64,000 bases of DNA. Origin: Tubiluchus corallicola. Taxonomy: Eukaryota > Animalia > Priapulida. Shown here piece by piece: positions 1 through 10,314 of the stretch. Position 1 is the stretch's first letter, and every line of letters starts with the position of its first letter. Location: contig JAQGDQ010002369.1 of NCBI GenBank assembly GCA_030141605.1, forward strand, positions 62,001 through 126,000, read 5' to 3'. Under the pieces are notes generated by a model. It was not told the origin of the DNA. It was given only the letters and a program-made list of their open reading frames with translations, and ran no database searches. The position numbers and the translations under genes are program-made.

Positions 1-354
1 AAATCGATGTTAGCCAGTGCTTTTGCAAATGCCGGTCTCCATCTTCACCCTGCATTCAATGAACTTCCTGGAGCCACATATTTTGAATCTGCTAAATATG
101 GGATCCCTACCATTGCTTCAAGTTGGACATCCTGCGAAGATTATTTCACTGACCAAAGTACAGGTGAATATACGCTTGATGACCGGATCGAATATTGCGA
201 ACCTTTTCATGTCCAACAACTGACTGAATTGGTTCATAAAAAGTTTGGAAAAATGTATTCGAAAGAGCCTCTGCACCCTATTTTTCATCGAACGAAAGAA
301 GATGTAGCAGGAGAAATACTCTCAGCATTGGAACAAAATAAAGTCATGTGTTAA
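1..354 (+). CDS. Glycosyltransferase (GT4-like), C-terminal part; runs off window start
   Basis: Frame open from base 1; HPAFNELPGATYFESAKYGIPTIAS matches the E-x7-E nucleotide-sugar motif of GT-B enzymes. Confidence 0.6.
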   Translation, partial: KSMLASAFANAGLHLHPAFNELPGATYFESAKYGIPTIASSWTSCEDYFTDQSTGEYTLDDRIEYCEPFHVQQLTELVHKKFGKMYSKEPLHPIFHRTKEDVAGEILSALEQNKVMC

Positions 355-376
355 AAAAAGGGCAAAAAGGCTACTT

Positions 377-1183
377 ATGCGTAAAACAATTCTCCTTGCT
401 TTTCTCTCCATCTCAGCTGCAGCTTTTGCTGCTCCTACTTATACCCGGTTTACTGATCATCGCCATAATCGCGTTTATTTTGGCCCGCAAGGTTACTATT
501 TAGGAGTGAAAATACGTTCCAGCCCTACCTCAACAATGATTCCGACCGATCAGGGAAGAAAGCTAACGGGAGATATGTGGGGAATGGTACTAGGATATGA
601 GCATAAGCAGTTCGAAAGCCTTTATGCTGCTGCAAAAATATCCTGGGCATGGGGAAGGATTAAAGACTCTTCCACTTCCAACCGTTTTGTCCACGATGGA
701 TGGGTGGAAACCCGCCTGGGCTACAATATGATTGCCTATCAGGGTACGCGATTGCTCGCGACTCCTTACACGGGATTTGCCTTTCTATATACAGGGAACA
801 GTCGTTCAGAAGGAGTTCCTTCTCTGAAATTCAAGTATTACAAATACGCGATCCCTGTTGGTCTCCTCCTCGACTATGTAGCTTATACCTTCTTCCATAT
901 CGGTTTCGACTTCACCTGGATCCCCGATGTCGATGCAACCGTCAAAATCAAAGATACTTCAGCACGATGGGTTCGGAAGAACAGCACTGGCAACTTCCAT
1001 GTTGAAGTTCCTTTCATCTTCTATATGGGCTCGCACAATCAAGGCGAGATCCGTTTTGTGCCATTCTGGAGAAAGACGAAAAACGGAAGAACTGACATCA
1101 TCAATGCTGGCGGAACAACGCTGATTCCAGGACAGACGAACATCTACTGGGGCGGAAATATCACCCTAGCGTACCGATTCTAA
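377..1183 (+). CDS. Outer-membrane beta-barrel protein
   Basis: Sec signal peptide (MRKTILLAFLSISAAAFA), alternating aromatic beta-strands, terminal ..LAYRF. Confidence 0.7.
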   Translation: MRKTILLAFLSISAAAFAAPTYTRFTDHRHNRVYFGPQGYYLGVKIRSSPTSTMIPTDQGRKLTGDMWGMVLGYEHKQFESLYAAAKISWAWGRIKDSSTSNRFVHDGWVETRLGYNMIAYQGTRLLATPYTGFAFLYTGNSRSEGVPSLKFKYYKYAIPVGLLLDYVAYTFFHIGFDFTWIPDVDATVKIKDTSARWVRKNSTGNFHVEVPFIFYMGSHNQGEIRFVPFWRKTKNGRTDIINAGGTTLIPGQTNIYWGGNITLAYRF

Positions 1184-1843
1184 CGTTGTCTTATAAAGAT
1201 CGAGCACCTTGTCCATCGATGCATTCTCAATCGTTTGCAGTTCTGAGAATTTTTTCGAATAGGTCAAAAGAAACAGATCTCTCCATTCCTTATCTGTAAA
1301 AGAGATGGAAAAAGGATCCTTATGTCTCTGGCAAAGACTCTCTCCTTTTTCCAGAAAAAGTGCTCTTCCATCACATCTTTGGCAAGTTGGCTGCAAATGA
1401 AGATGTCCATCATGCATCAGAAGTTTCAATAAAAAACTCGATGCCAAAACCTGAGGATTTTCAAAGGAAGAGATCTTTTCCAGGTAGGCTTTGAATAGGG
1501 CATACAATTGAGGGGAGGTTTTGTGGGGAAGCTGCGAGGAACGTACGGCCTTGGCCATTTCGCAGGCAGCATTCAGTGTCGTCAAATCTTTACGAATCTC
1601 CATAAAAGAAGTTTCGATCTTCACATCAGTTAGGAGATGGAGATCTCCCTTCTTCTTTCGATAAACGAGATGGACCAGGATCAAAGGGGAGGAAAGGGCC
1701 AGAAGATCGGGCTTTTTCGGACTGATCCCTTTTACGATCATGGAAAGGAGCCCCTCTTCTTTTGAAAAGAATTTTACAATCCGCTCACGGTCCCGATAAG
1801 GCTGAGCTTGCAAGGTGATGGCCTCAATTCGTCCTTCTGACAT
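1166..1843 (-). CDS. recO: DNA repair protein RecO
   Basis: N-terminal OB-fold (QPYRDRERIVKFFSKEEG), FLLKLL..G..L..CQRC zinc motif, length 225 aa. Confidence 0.9.
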   Translation of the reverse strand: MSEGRIEAITLQAQPYRDRERIVKFFSKEEGLLSMIVKGISPKKPDLLALSSPLILVHLVYRKKKGDLHLLTDVKIETSFMEIRKDLTTLNAACEMAKAVRSSQLPHKTSPQLYALFKAYLEKISSFENPQVLASSFLLKLLMHDGHLHLQPTCQRCDGRALFLEKGESLCQRHKDPFSISFTDKEWRDLFLLTYSKKFSELQTIENASMDKVLDLYKTTLESVR

Positions 1844-1909
1844 GATAACCTGGGGCTTCGAAACCTTGTAAAATATCCCCCCTCCCCATAAAATTCAAAC
1901 CTGAATTTT

Positions 1910-1982
1910 GCACCGATAGCTCAATGGATAGAGTACCTGGCTTCGGACCAGGTGGTTAGAGGTTCGAGTCCTCTTCGGTGCA
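1910..1982 (+). tRNA. tRNA-Arg(TCG)
   Basis: Cloverleaf GCACCGA/TCGGTGC, anticodon arm CCTGG-CT-TCG-GA-CCAGG, T-loop TTCGAGT. Confidence 0.95.
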
Positions 1983-2022
1983 CATTTCTTTTAACGGATT
2001 TTCAAAATAGTTAATTGAGCTT

Positions 2023-2050
2023 GCTCAATGGATAGAATGCTTGGCTACAG
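2023..2050 (+). repeat. Decayed copy of the tRNA-Arg 5' half (D-arm to anticodon stem)
   Basis: GCTCAATGGATAGAatgcttGGCT: 21 of 24 nt match the upstream tRNA. Confidence 0.6.
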
Positions 2051-2093
2051 TACGCTTTCTTTCTTGAATCCAAAAGACCTTCTTGAAAAAGTA

Positions 2094-2882
2094 TTAAAAA
2101 TAGCAGTATTCCATTTCTTCGTTTTTTTTTTGGCCAATGACTCGCCAATTAAGCCGGATGCTGTAACGATCCCAGGGGACAGAAGCTATATAGACATCTT
2201 CTTCGCATAAATGGGAATCAACAGATGCAAGGAGATTGTTGCTGGTTGGGGTGAGATGAAAAAGGAATACCGGTTGGTCGGGACCGAGGCGCAAATGCTC
2301 TAGAGAAATCATGCCTGCGTTTCTGTCAAGAGTCCAGCGAAAGGTGTTGCTGAAACTGATGTCTTGATTTTCGTTTACTTGCCAGGCGCCTCTTTCATGA
2401 AAAATGATGACACAATCAGTGGGGTGGCTTACCAGAACGTCTCCTTTCCCTTTTTGATTCCATTGATTTTTGTTTTCGTTCATAGATCTGGACTTTGTAT
2501 CACGAGTAAATTGCTTAATGGTTTTAAGCTTGTCCCAAAAAGAGATGAGCAAAGGTTCTTGAGTCCTTTTTTCGAAACCTTCCTGCTGAAAAAGAGAATA
2601 GAGTTTCTTTTCTTGAGGAGGGAGTAATGTATAGGCTTTTTTCAGAAGTTGTTCTAATTCCCTTAGCAGGGGATAGGTTGGATTCAGTTGATACAATTTT
2701 GTTTTCCCTTCGCAATAACTGATAATGACTCTTCCCCTCTCCAGGCGGGCAAAAGCGTTTTGAAGTGATGTCAAAGGAGTCTTCAAAAGCCTTTGCAGCT
2801 GTGTCCCGTAACATTTAGTATTCACAAAAAGAAACAGCAAAATTTTCTGTGTATTTTTATTTCCGCAAATTCCGTCTAGCAT
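2094..2882 (-). CDS. Winged-helix domain fused to a DUF6314-like beta domain; putative regulator
   Basis: N-terminal ~95 aa paralogous to the wHTH at 32501; C-terminus (HLCEEDVY..W..RLNWRVIGQKK) resembles DUF6314; ATG at 2882. Confidence 0.65.
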   Translation of the reverse strand: MLDGICGNKNTQKILLFLFVNTKCYGTQLQRLLKTPLTSLQNAFARLERGRVIISYCEGKTKLYQLNPTYPLLRELEQLLKKAYTLLPPQEKKLYSLFQQEGFEKRTQEPLLISFWDKLKTIKQFTRDTKSRSMNENKNQWNQKGKGDVLVSHPTDCVIIFHERGAWQVNENQDISFSNTFRWTLDRNAGMISLEHLRLGPDQPVFLFHLTPTSNNLLASVDSHLCEEDVYIASVPWDRYSIRLNWRVIGQKKNEEMEYCYF

Positions 2883-2900
2883 AAAAAAAATCAACCTAAT

Positions 2901-3007
2901 TTTTAGTTGATAAGGTTGCCTTCCAGTCGTTTTAGTTCTCTTTAGGGATCTGAATTATACGCGTGCTTTCTAGTTTTTATAAACAGGTTTTTAGTTGTTA
3001 TAGGGAT
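2901..3007. promoter_or_regulatory. Candidate operator repeats between the wHTH gene and bioB
   Basis: TTTTAGTT at 2901, 2930 and 2989, followed by TAAGG or TAGGGAT. Confidence 0.35.
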
Positions 3008-3069
3008 AATTTGGGTTGAAAGCTTAGGTTTCTGGCTTTTATTCTTCCGTCAAATTTAGAGCTAGGGCC

Positions 3070-4035
3070 ATGAAATATAGATCTGATTGGACAAAAGAAG
3101 AAATTAGAGCCATCTACAAAACCCCATTATTAGACTTGATTCATCAGGCAGCATCAATCCATCGAAAATGCCACTCGACTCATGAACTGCAAGTCTGTTC
3201 TTTGATCTCAATTAAAACAGGTGGATGTTCCGAAGATTGTAAATATTGCCCGCAGGCATCCCGGTACCATACTGACATTAAGCCCAGTCCATTCATGGAG
3301 GGTACTGAAATAATTGACTTGGCAAAAGAAGCGATTGCGAATGGAGCAACAAGAGTTTGCCTAGGAGCTGCATGGCGTTCTGTACGAGACAGTGTACAAT
3401 TCGATCGTGTTCTAGGCGTTGTAAAGAAAATCACTGGAATGGGAGTAGAAGTATGTTGCACGCTTGGGATGCTTAATGAATCTCAAGCAAGGCGTCTGAA
3501 ACAAGCAGGACTTTACGCCTACAACCACAATTTAGATACATCTCCAGAATTTTCTCCCTCCATTATTTCTACCCGTTTTTATGAAGAACGGTTGGGTACA
3601 CTTGATGCAGTGGAAAAGGCTGGAATTAGCGTTTGTAGTGGAGGTATTATTGGGATGGGCGAAAGTATGGAGGATCGAATTGGCCTTCTCCATATGCTTG
3701 CATGCAGGAATCCTCATCCTGAATCTGTCCCCATCAATTTATTAATCCCAGTCAAGGGAACTCCTTTAGAAGAGAAAAAACCTCTGCCTATATGGGATAT
3801 GATTCGAATGATTGCCACTGCGAGGATGATCATGCCAAAGGCAATGGTTCGCCTTTCTGCTGGACGAATTGAACGATCTCTAGAAGAACAGGCTCTTTGT
3901 TTTTTAGCAGGTGCAAATTCCATTTTTTCTGGTGAAAAGCTGTTGACTCGTCCCAATCCTGATTTTGATGAGGACCGGGAAATGATGAAACTTTTTGGTT
4001 TAAGAATTCGTTCTGCTTTTGTGGTTAATCGATGA
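3070..4035 (+). CDS. bioB: Biotin synthase
   Basis: Radical SAM motif [32 protein letters not shown]. Confidence 0.97.
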   Translation: MKYRSDWTKEEIRAIYKTPLLDLIHQAASIHRKCHSTHELQVCSLISIKTGGCSEDCKYCPQASRYHTDIKPSPFMEGTEIIDLAKEAIANGATRVCLGAAWRSVRDSVQFDRVLGVVKKITGMGVEVCCTLGMLNESQARRLKQAGLYAYNHNLDTSPEFSPSIISTRFYEERLGTLDAVEKAGISVCSGGIIGMGESMEDRIGLLHMLACRNPHPESVPINLLIPVKGTPLEEKKPLPIWDMIRMIATARMIMPKAMVRLSAGRIERSLEEQALCFLAGANSIFSGEKLLTRPNPDFDEDREMMKLFGLRIRSAFVVNR

Positions 4036-5087
4036 TCCCTGATTTTTTAACGGAGCGTCTTCAAAAAAGAAAAGCTCGAAAAATGATAAGAACTCTTTCT
4101 AATTCAGAAGGCTTAGTTGATTTGGCTTCCAATGATTATTTTGGCTTTGCCCATTCTGTAGATTTATTGGAGGAAGTCAATCGAGTAGGAGCTACAGGTT
4201 CTCGTCTTCTGTCAGGGAATCACTCGTTTATCGAGAAGCTAGAGAAAAACATAGCTCGTTTTCATCGCGCCGAAAGTTGCTTGATTTTCAATACAGGATA
4301 TACAGCTAACCTTGGGCTTCTCGCGGCATTGGGAACTGAGAAGATTACTTTTATATATGACCTGGAAATCCATGCTTCTACGATCGATGGAATGAAGTTG
4401 TCCCAGGCAAGAAGGCGTCCCTTTAGACATAATGATCTCAATTCTTTAGAGAAAAGATTGAAGGAGGCATCGCAGCCTATTTTTGTTCTTGTAGAGTCGA
4501 TCTATTCGATAAGCGGCGATTTGGCTCCTCTCCGGGAAATGATCATACTTTGCACAAAATACAGGGCTGGTTTGATCGTTGACGAGGCACATGCAACAGG
4601 AATTTGTGGCTCCAAAGGAGAAGGGCTTGTGGTTCAGTTGGGATTAGAGTCAGAAGTGTTTGCTCGGATACACACGTTTAGTAAGACTTTAGGAATACAG
4701 GGAGCTTGTGTTCTTGGAAGCCGATTGCTCAGAGAATACCTCATCAATTTTTCAAGACCCTTTATCTATACAACAGCATTGCCTTTGCCTAGTTTCCTTC
4801 TCATCGAATTTGGTTATGAAAAGCTTCAAAGAGAGGCAATAGTGCATCAAGAACGTTTGAGAAGCCTAGTGAACTATTTTCAAATAAAATTTGACTTAAG
4901 AAATTCTCAAACGCCTATCCAGCCAATCCACATTTCCGGAATAGAAAATGTGTGCTGCCTTTCAAAAAAGCTACAAAAGAATGGCTTCGATGTGAGAGCG
5001 ATTGTTCCTCCTACTACAAAAAGAGGGAAAGAATGTTTGAGAGTCGTTTTACATAGTTTCAATAAAGAAGAAGAAATTGTTCAATGA
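4032..5087 (+). CDS. bioF: 8-amino-7-oxononanoate synthase
   Basis: [43 protein letters not shown] lysine. Confidence 0.93.
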   Translation: MIPDFLTERLQKRKARKMIRTLSNSEGLVDLASNDYFGFAHSVDLLEEVNRVGATGSRLLSGNHSFIEKLEKNIARFHRAESCLIFNTGYTANLGLLAALGTEKITFIYDLEIHASTIDGMKLSQARRRPFRHNDLNSLEKRLKEASQPIFVLVESIYSISGDLAPLREMIILCTKYRAGLIVDEAHATGICGSKGEGLVVQLGLESEVFARIHTFSKTLGIQGACVLGSRLLREYLINFSRPFIYTTALPLPSFLLIEFGYEKLQREAIVHQERLRSLVNYFQIKFDLRNSQTPIQPIHISGIENVCCLSKKLQKNGFDVRAIVPPTTKRGKECLRVVLHSFNKEEEIVQ

Positions 5088-5706
5088 ATCGCATCGTCGT
5101 TGCAGGAATTGGCACTGAAGTTGGTAAGACGGTTGTGGCTACTGTCTTAACAGAATCAACAAAGGGACATTACTGGAAGCCGGTTCAATGTGGACTTCCG
5201 AAAGACCAGATTTGGGTAGAACAGAGACTTTCTTTGGAAAATCGTTGCTATCCAGAAAGTTTTTGCTTGAACGCTCCCTGTTCTCCCCATCTGGCAGCAA
5301 GAAAAGAGGAATAAGAATTGAGGCTAGAAAACTGATTCCACCTAACTGTTCAAAAGATCTTGTCATCGAAGGGACGGGAGGAGTTCTTGTTCCTTTGAAT
5401 GAAACGGAAACCTGGATCGATGCAGCTGTTCGTTGGAATGCTTACTGGGTGCTAGTTCACCATCATTATCTCGGCAGCTTAAATCACTTTTTTCTGACGA
5501 TCGAGTCGATAAAAAGGAGAAAAATTCCTTTGTTAGGAGTTGTCTTCAACGGAGAGGGAGATTTGAAAACTGAAGAGATGCTTTTAAAAAAGGCGAACAC
5601 GCTTTGTTTAGGGAGATTAGCATGGCAAGAACATTTAACACCGGCAATTGTGCAGAGGTTAGCGGGAGAATGGAGGCCGGAGATTCTAAAAGCACTTGGG
5701 AAATAA
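5084..5706 (+). pseudogene. bioD: Dethiobiotin synthase, split by a 1-nt frameshift near 5305-5311
   Basis: GIGTEVGKT, WKPVQCG and SPHLAA in the first frame; VIEGTGG and LGSLNH in the second frame. Confidence 0.85.
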
Positions 5707-6950
5707 GGGACCTGGCCTCTGTATGGCATCCCTTCACGCAAGCGCAAATAGCCTCACCACCCATTCCTGTTGTAAAAGGAGAGGGAGCTTATCTTTATTC
5801 CGAGAGAGGGGATAAATATCTTGATGCGATCTCATCTTGGTGGGTGAATCTACATGGCCATGCCCATCCATATATTGCTGAAAAGATTTCTGCTCAGGCC
5901 AAGGAGCTGGAACATATACTGTTTGCAGGGTTTACTCATCCTCAAGCCATCACTTTTGCTGAGCGGCTTCTTTCACTTTTTTCGAATGAATATTCTCATA
6001 TTTTCTATTCAGATAATGGATCGACATCTGTTGAAGTTGCATTAAAGATGGCTTTTCAAATAATTGGAAAGGAAAAAAAAGTTCTCTCATTTCAAGGTGC
6101 TTATCATGGAGATACATTCGGAGCTATGGCAGCAGCCGGAAAATCCCATTACCACCGCCCCTTCTGGCCCTACTTATTTCAAGCACATTCTATTGCACCA
6201 CCTCTATTAGGAGGAGAAGAAGAGTCATGGAGAGAATTTGAAATTGTAATATCTACTGGAGAAATAGCTGCCTTTATTTTTGAGCCTCTCATTCAGGGAG
6301 CGGGAGGAATGCTTACTCACTCCAGTCAACTGTTAACAAGAATGATTCAAAAATGCCAACAGAAGGGAATCATTACGATTGCTGATGAAGTGATGACAGG
6401 CTTTGGAAGAACAGGCCCACTTTTTGCTAGCAATCACCTAGGCGCTGTCCCAGATTTGATTTGCCTCTCGAAAGGGATTACAGGCGGTTTTCTGCCAATG
6501 GGTGCTACGATTGCCAAAAAGTATATTTTTGAATCTTTTCTCTCTCCAGAGCTGACCCGGGCATTTCTACATGGACATTCGTATACAGGGAATCCTCTTG
6601 CTTGTGCTGCGGCAAATGCAAGTTTAGACCTCTTGCTGCTGCCTGAGTGTTCTGAGGCCAGAAAGATGATTGAATTGGAGCATTCCCATTTTCAAAGAAA
6701 GTGGAAGGGTCACCCAAAGCTTACCCGATGTGATGTGCTTGGGACAATATTGGCCATAGAATATAAGGCTGGGAATGCTTCGTACTACCACCCTTTGAAA
6801 CAGCGTTTGATCGATTTTTTTTGGGCTGAGGGAATTCTTATTCGGCCTCTTGGGAATGTACTTTACTTGTTGCCTCCTTATTGTATTCGTCGTGAGGAAT
6901 TACAAAAAATCTATTCTCTAATCGCAATTACTTTGGAGGAATGGTCATGA
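5670..6950 (+). CDS. bioA: Adenosylmethionine-8-amino-7-oxononanoate aminotransferase
   Basis: VWHPFTQ, SSWWVNLHGH, YHGDTFG, ADEVMTGFGRTG, SKGITGG; start at 5670 inferred. Confidence 0.95.
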   Translation: MEAGDSKSTWEIRDLASVWHPFTQAQIASPPIPVVKGEGAYLYSERGDKYLDAISSWWVNLHGHAHPYIAEKISAQAKELEHILFAGFTHPQAITFAERLLSLFSNEYSHIFYSDNGSTSVEVALKMAFQIIGKEKKVLSFQGAYHGDTFGAMAAAGKSHYHRPFWPYLFQAHSIAPPLLGGEEESWREFEIVISTGEIAAFIFEPLIQGAGGMLTHSSQLLTRMIQKCQQKGIITIADEVMTGFGRTGPLFASNHLGAVPDLICLSKGITGGFLPMGATIAKKYIFESFLSPELTRAFLHGHSYTGNPLACAAANASLDLLLLPECSEARKMIELEHSHFQRKWKGHPKLTRCDVLGTILAIEYKAGNASYYHPLKQRLIDFFWAEGILIRPLGNVLYLLPPYCIRREELQKIYSLIAITLEEWS

Positions 6951-7579
6951 TCAAGGGCTTTATTTCATTTAAAAGAGAAATCGAAGAGGTTATCCATCCG
7001 ATTGTGAAAGATCCTTTCCTCCATGGTCTATGGCTGAATACTCTTTCCTATCTTGAGAATTGCGGGGCACGTAAAATCGCCGCTTGTGAACACCCGACAG
7101 AGGTTAAGGAAGAAGTGCTAAAGCACGCATCTGAAGAATTTCGACATTCTTTCTACCTCAAAAAGCAGCTCAGCCGTATCTCTCAGTATTATGAAGATTA
7201 TCGTTTTTCATCCCTTTTGGGGTGGTGGGCAGCCTACCATTACCTAAACGTTCTAGACCTTCGTATCGCTCGCTATCTCAGATGTTTAGGAAAAACTTTT
7301 GTTGAGATTAGACATCTTTCTTATCTTTTAGTTACCTATGCAATCGAGTTGCGTGCTTCAGAGCTCTATCCTATCTATCAATCGGTTCTCAAGCAGCATC
7401 AATCGAAAGTTCGGGTCCAATCGATCCTTCTCGAAGAGAAACAACACTTGGAAGAAATGGAAGAAGGTTTAAGCCGTATTTCAGAGGCTCCTGTTTACAT
7501 CGAAAATATATGCAGGATCGAAGCCTGTTTATTTGAAAAATGGCTAATTGCATGTCGTCCAGATATTTCTATTAAATAG
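6941..7579 (+). CDS. bioE: Ferritin-like diiron protein, probable BioE-type pimelate-generating oxygenase
   Basis: WLNTLSYLENCGARKI, two ExxH motifs (EEFRH, EEKQH); last gene of the bio operon. Confidence 0.6.
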   Translation: MVMIKGFISFKREIEEVIHPIVKDPFLHGLWLNTLSYLENCGARKIAACEHPTEVKEEVLKHASEEFRHSFYLKKQLSRISQYYEDYRFSSLLGWWAAYHYLNVLDLRIARYLRCLGKTFVEIRHLSYLLVTYAIELRASELYPIYQSVLKQHQSKVRVQSILLEEKQHLEEMEEGLSRISEAPVYIENICRIEACLFEKWLIACRPDISIK

Positions 7580-7629
7580 GATATCAGGCTTCGGTCCAAA
7601 CAGTTTAAAGTTCGAGTTCTCCTCGGTTC
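7576..7629 (+). repeat. Decayed copy of the tRNA-Arg 3' part (att-like)
   Basis: Ungapped 39/54 match to the tRNA, including GGCTTCGG and GTTCGAGT. Confidence 0.65.
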
Positions 7630-7818
7630 GTATTTTTTTTGTAAATATTTCAAAAAATAACTTCAATTACTGGGTTGACGTAAGTTCATTCCTTACCTAT
7701 AAGGCAGAATAGGGATGGGAAGAATCTGATGATCTCCCCAATTAATTGAATTATCCAGTCTGAAAAGAGGCTTTCTCTGTGAGAGAGGCTTGTTTTTATA
7801 GGAAAGGAAGCAGGGCGT

Positions 7819-10314
7819 ATGGCTGAAGATGAAAAGAAAAAAACCAATGAAGAGTTTCTAAAGGAACTGAAGGTCGATCCTGAAAAGGGGCTGTCTTCTC
7901 AGGAAGCGGCGGCTCGTCTGGAACAGTATGGCGAGAACATGCTGGAGGAGAAGCACAGGAGTAAATGGCTGATGCTCTTTTCCTATTTCTGGGGACCGAT
8001 TCCATGGATGATTGAGATCGCTGCCATTTTATCGGGAGTGTTGGAAAAGTGGCCTGATTTTATTTTGATTGTAGCCCTGTTATTGATCAATGCTGCTTTA
8101 GGATTCTTCCATGAGTCGGAAGCGGACAATGCGATCAAGGCCCTGAAGAATACACTTGCTTTGAAAGCGAAAGCCCTTCGAGACGGAAAGTGGATGAACA
8201 TGGATGCCAAAGATCTGGTTCCGGGCGATATCATTTCCGTAAAACTGGGTAATATTGTTCCTGCGGATATTCAGCTCCTTTCCGGAGAGTATTTATCTGT
8301 GGACCAGTCTGCCCTGACGGGAGAGTCTCTGCCTGTGGATAAGAAGGTGGAGGATGATGCCTATTCGGGGACCGTTGTGAAATTGGGTGAAATGACCGGG
8401 GTTGTGACAGCTACAGGAATGAAAACCTTTTTTGGACGGACGGCTGCACTGGTGCAGGAAGCAAAAACTGTATCCCATTTTCAGCAGGCTGTTCTGAATA
8501 TCGGACGATTTTTGATCATCACCACTTTGGCGATTGCTGCTGTGATTTTGGTGGTCTCTTTATTCCGCCTGGATCAGCCTCATCATGATACTCTGGGACA
8601 AATTGCGATCTTCATTCTGGTCCTTGTTGTGGCGGGTATTCCTGTTGCGCTGCCGGCGGTCATGTCTGTAACGATGGCCATTGGTGCCAAGAAAATGGCG
8701 AAGCTGAAAGCGATTGTTGCAAGGCTGATCTCCATTGAAGAATTAGCAGGTATGAATGTTCTTTGCGCCGATAAGACAGGAACATTGACCAAGAATCAGC
8801 TGACCGTGGGAGATATTCAGGCTTTTGGCGATGCAAAGGTTGAAGATGTTCTGTTTTTTGGAGCTTTAGCCTGCCAGATACATACGGAAGATGCGATCGA
8901 CAATGCGATTGTCGGAAAATGGGGGAATGAGGAGAAACTAACAGAATATAAGTTAGAAAAATACTTTCCTTTCGACCCCGTAAGAAAAAGAGCAGAAGCG
9001 GTTCTTTCCAAGGATGGGAAAACAATTCATGCGGTGAAAGGCGCGCCCCAGATGATTTTGGAAATCGCCAAAATGGACGAAAAAACGAAAGAAGCAGCTC
9101 ATAAGTCTGTGCTTGAGTTTGCCTCGCGAGGCTTTCGAACATTAGGAGTTGCAAAAGGAGATGATGAGAAGAATTTGACCTTTCTGGGGATCATTCCTCT
9201 TTTCGATCCACCTCGGGATGATACGAAAGAGATGATCGAGAGATCAAGAGAGATGGATGTAAGAGTCAAAATGGTGACCGGTGACCACGTTGCGATTGCC
9301 AAGGAAACAGCAGGCAAACTGGGACTGGGAACCAATATCCTTCCAGTCGATGAAGTGTTTGCCAAACACGTATCGGAAGCACAGCAGGATCAAATGTTCG
9401 AAGATGCAGATGGTTTTGCACAGGTATTTCCCGAACATAAATTTCAAATCGTCAAAAGCCTTCAAACGAGAAAGCATATTGTGGGCATGACGGGAGATGG
9501 AGTGAATGATGCTCCTGCCTTGAAACAGGCGGACATTGGAATCGCTGTGAGCGGGGCAACGGATGCGGCACGAGCTGCTGCCGACCTTGTTTTGACTGAG
9601 CAGGGGATTTCTGTGATTACTGTAGCGATTGAAGAGGCGAGAAGGATTTTCGGTCGTTTGAAGAGTTATGCCATGTACCGAATCAGCGAAACGGTCCGTC
9701 TTTTATTATTCCTTTTACTTTCCATGCTAATTTTTGAAGGACATCCATTAACTGCGATCATGATCATTATGATTGCCCTGTTGAATGATATCCCGATTAT
9801 GATGATTGCTTATGACCATATGGAGATACAGGAGAAACCGGTCAGGTGGAACATGTGGGAGGTCATAATAGTGGCCGTTGGACTTGCGATTGTTGGTGTT
9901 ATCTCAACATTTGGGCTTTACTGGATAGGAGATCGCATCTGGCAATTAGGTTCCAAGGAGTGCAGCACGCTGGCCTTTATGGGGATTCTCTGCGGAGGAA
10001 ACCTCACGATCTATCTTACAAGGAATGTTGGCTATGTGCTCAGCAAACCGCTTCCTGAATGGAAGTTCTTTGCAGCTACTGTCTTTTCTCAAATAGTAGG
10101 AACCCTGGTTTCCGTATATGGTTTGGGAACGGGTGACTTTGTGGGCATTGGCTGGAAGTATGTCGCCTATTCGTGGATCTACATCGCGATCTGGTTCGGC
10201 ATTTGCATGTTATCGAAAGTTCTCATGTATCACTGGGTCGATCGTTATGAAGGTTCTCATCATCACGTAGTGGAACAAACAGAAGAGAAATTGACGGCTC
10301 CGCCAGAGAGTTAA
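7819..10314 (+). CDS. Plasma-membrane-type H+-exporting P-type ATPase (P3A)
   Basis: TGES, DKTGTLT, KGAPQ, MVTGD, GDGVNDAPALK, IPVALP and LLND transmembrane motifs. Confidence 0.9.
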   Translation: MAEDEKKKTNEEFLKELKVDPEKGLSSQEAAARLEQYGENMLEEKHRSKWLMLFSYFWGPIPWMIEIAAILSGVLEKWPDFILIVALLLINAALGFFHESEADNAIKALKNTLALKAKALRDGKWMNMDAKDLVPGDIISVKLGNIVPADIQLLSGEYLSVDQSALTGESLPVDKKVEDDAYSGTVVKLGEMTGVVTATGMKTFFGRTAALVQEAKTVSHFQQAVLNIGRFLIITTLAIAAVILVVSLFRLDQPHHDTLGQIAIFILVLVVAGIPVALPAVMSVTMAIGAKKMAKLKAIVARLISIEELAGMNVLCADKTGTLTKNQLTVGDIQAFGDAKVEDVLFFGALACQIHTEDAIDNAIVGKWGNEEKLTEYKLEKYFPFDPVRKRAEAVLSKDGKTIHAVKGAPQMILEIAKMDEKTKEAAHKSVLEFASRGFRTLGVAKGDDEKNLTFLGIIPLFDPPRDDTKEMIERSREMDVRVKMVTGDHVAIAKETAGKLGLGTNILPVDEVFAKHVSEAQQDQMFEDADGFAQVFPEHKFQIVKSLQTRKHIVGMTGDGVNDAPALKQADIGIAVSGATDAARAAADLVLTEQGISVITVAIEEARRIFGRLKSYAMYRISETVRLLLFLLLSMLIFEGHPLTAIMIIMIALLNDIPIMMIAYDHMEIQEKPVRWNMWEVIIVAVGLAIVGVISTFGLYWIGDRIWQLGSKECSTLAFMGILCGGNLTIYLTRNVGYVLSKPLPEWKFFAATVFSQIVGTLVSVYGLGTGDFVGIGWKYVAYSWIYIAIWFGICMLSKVLMYHWVDRYEGSHHHVVEQTEEKLTAPPES

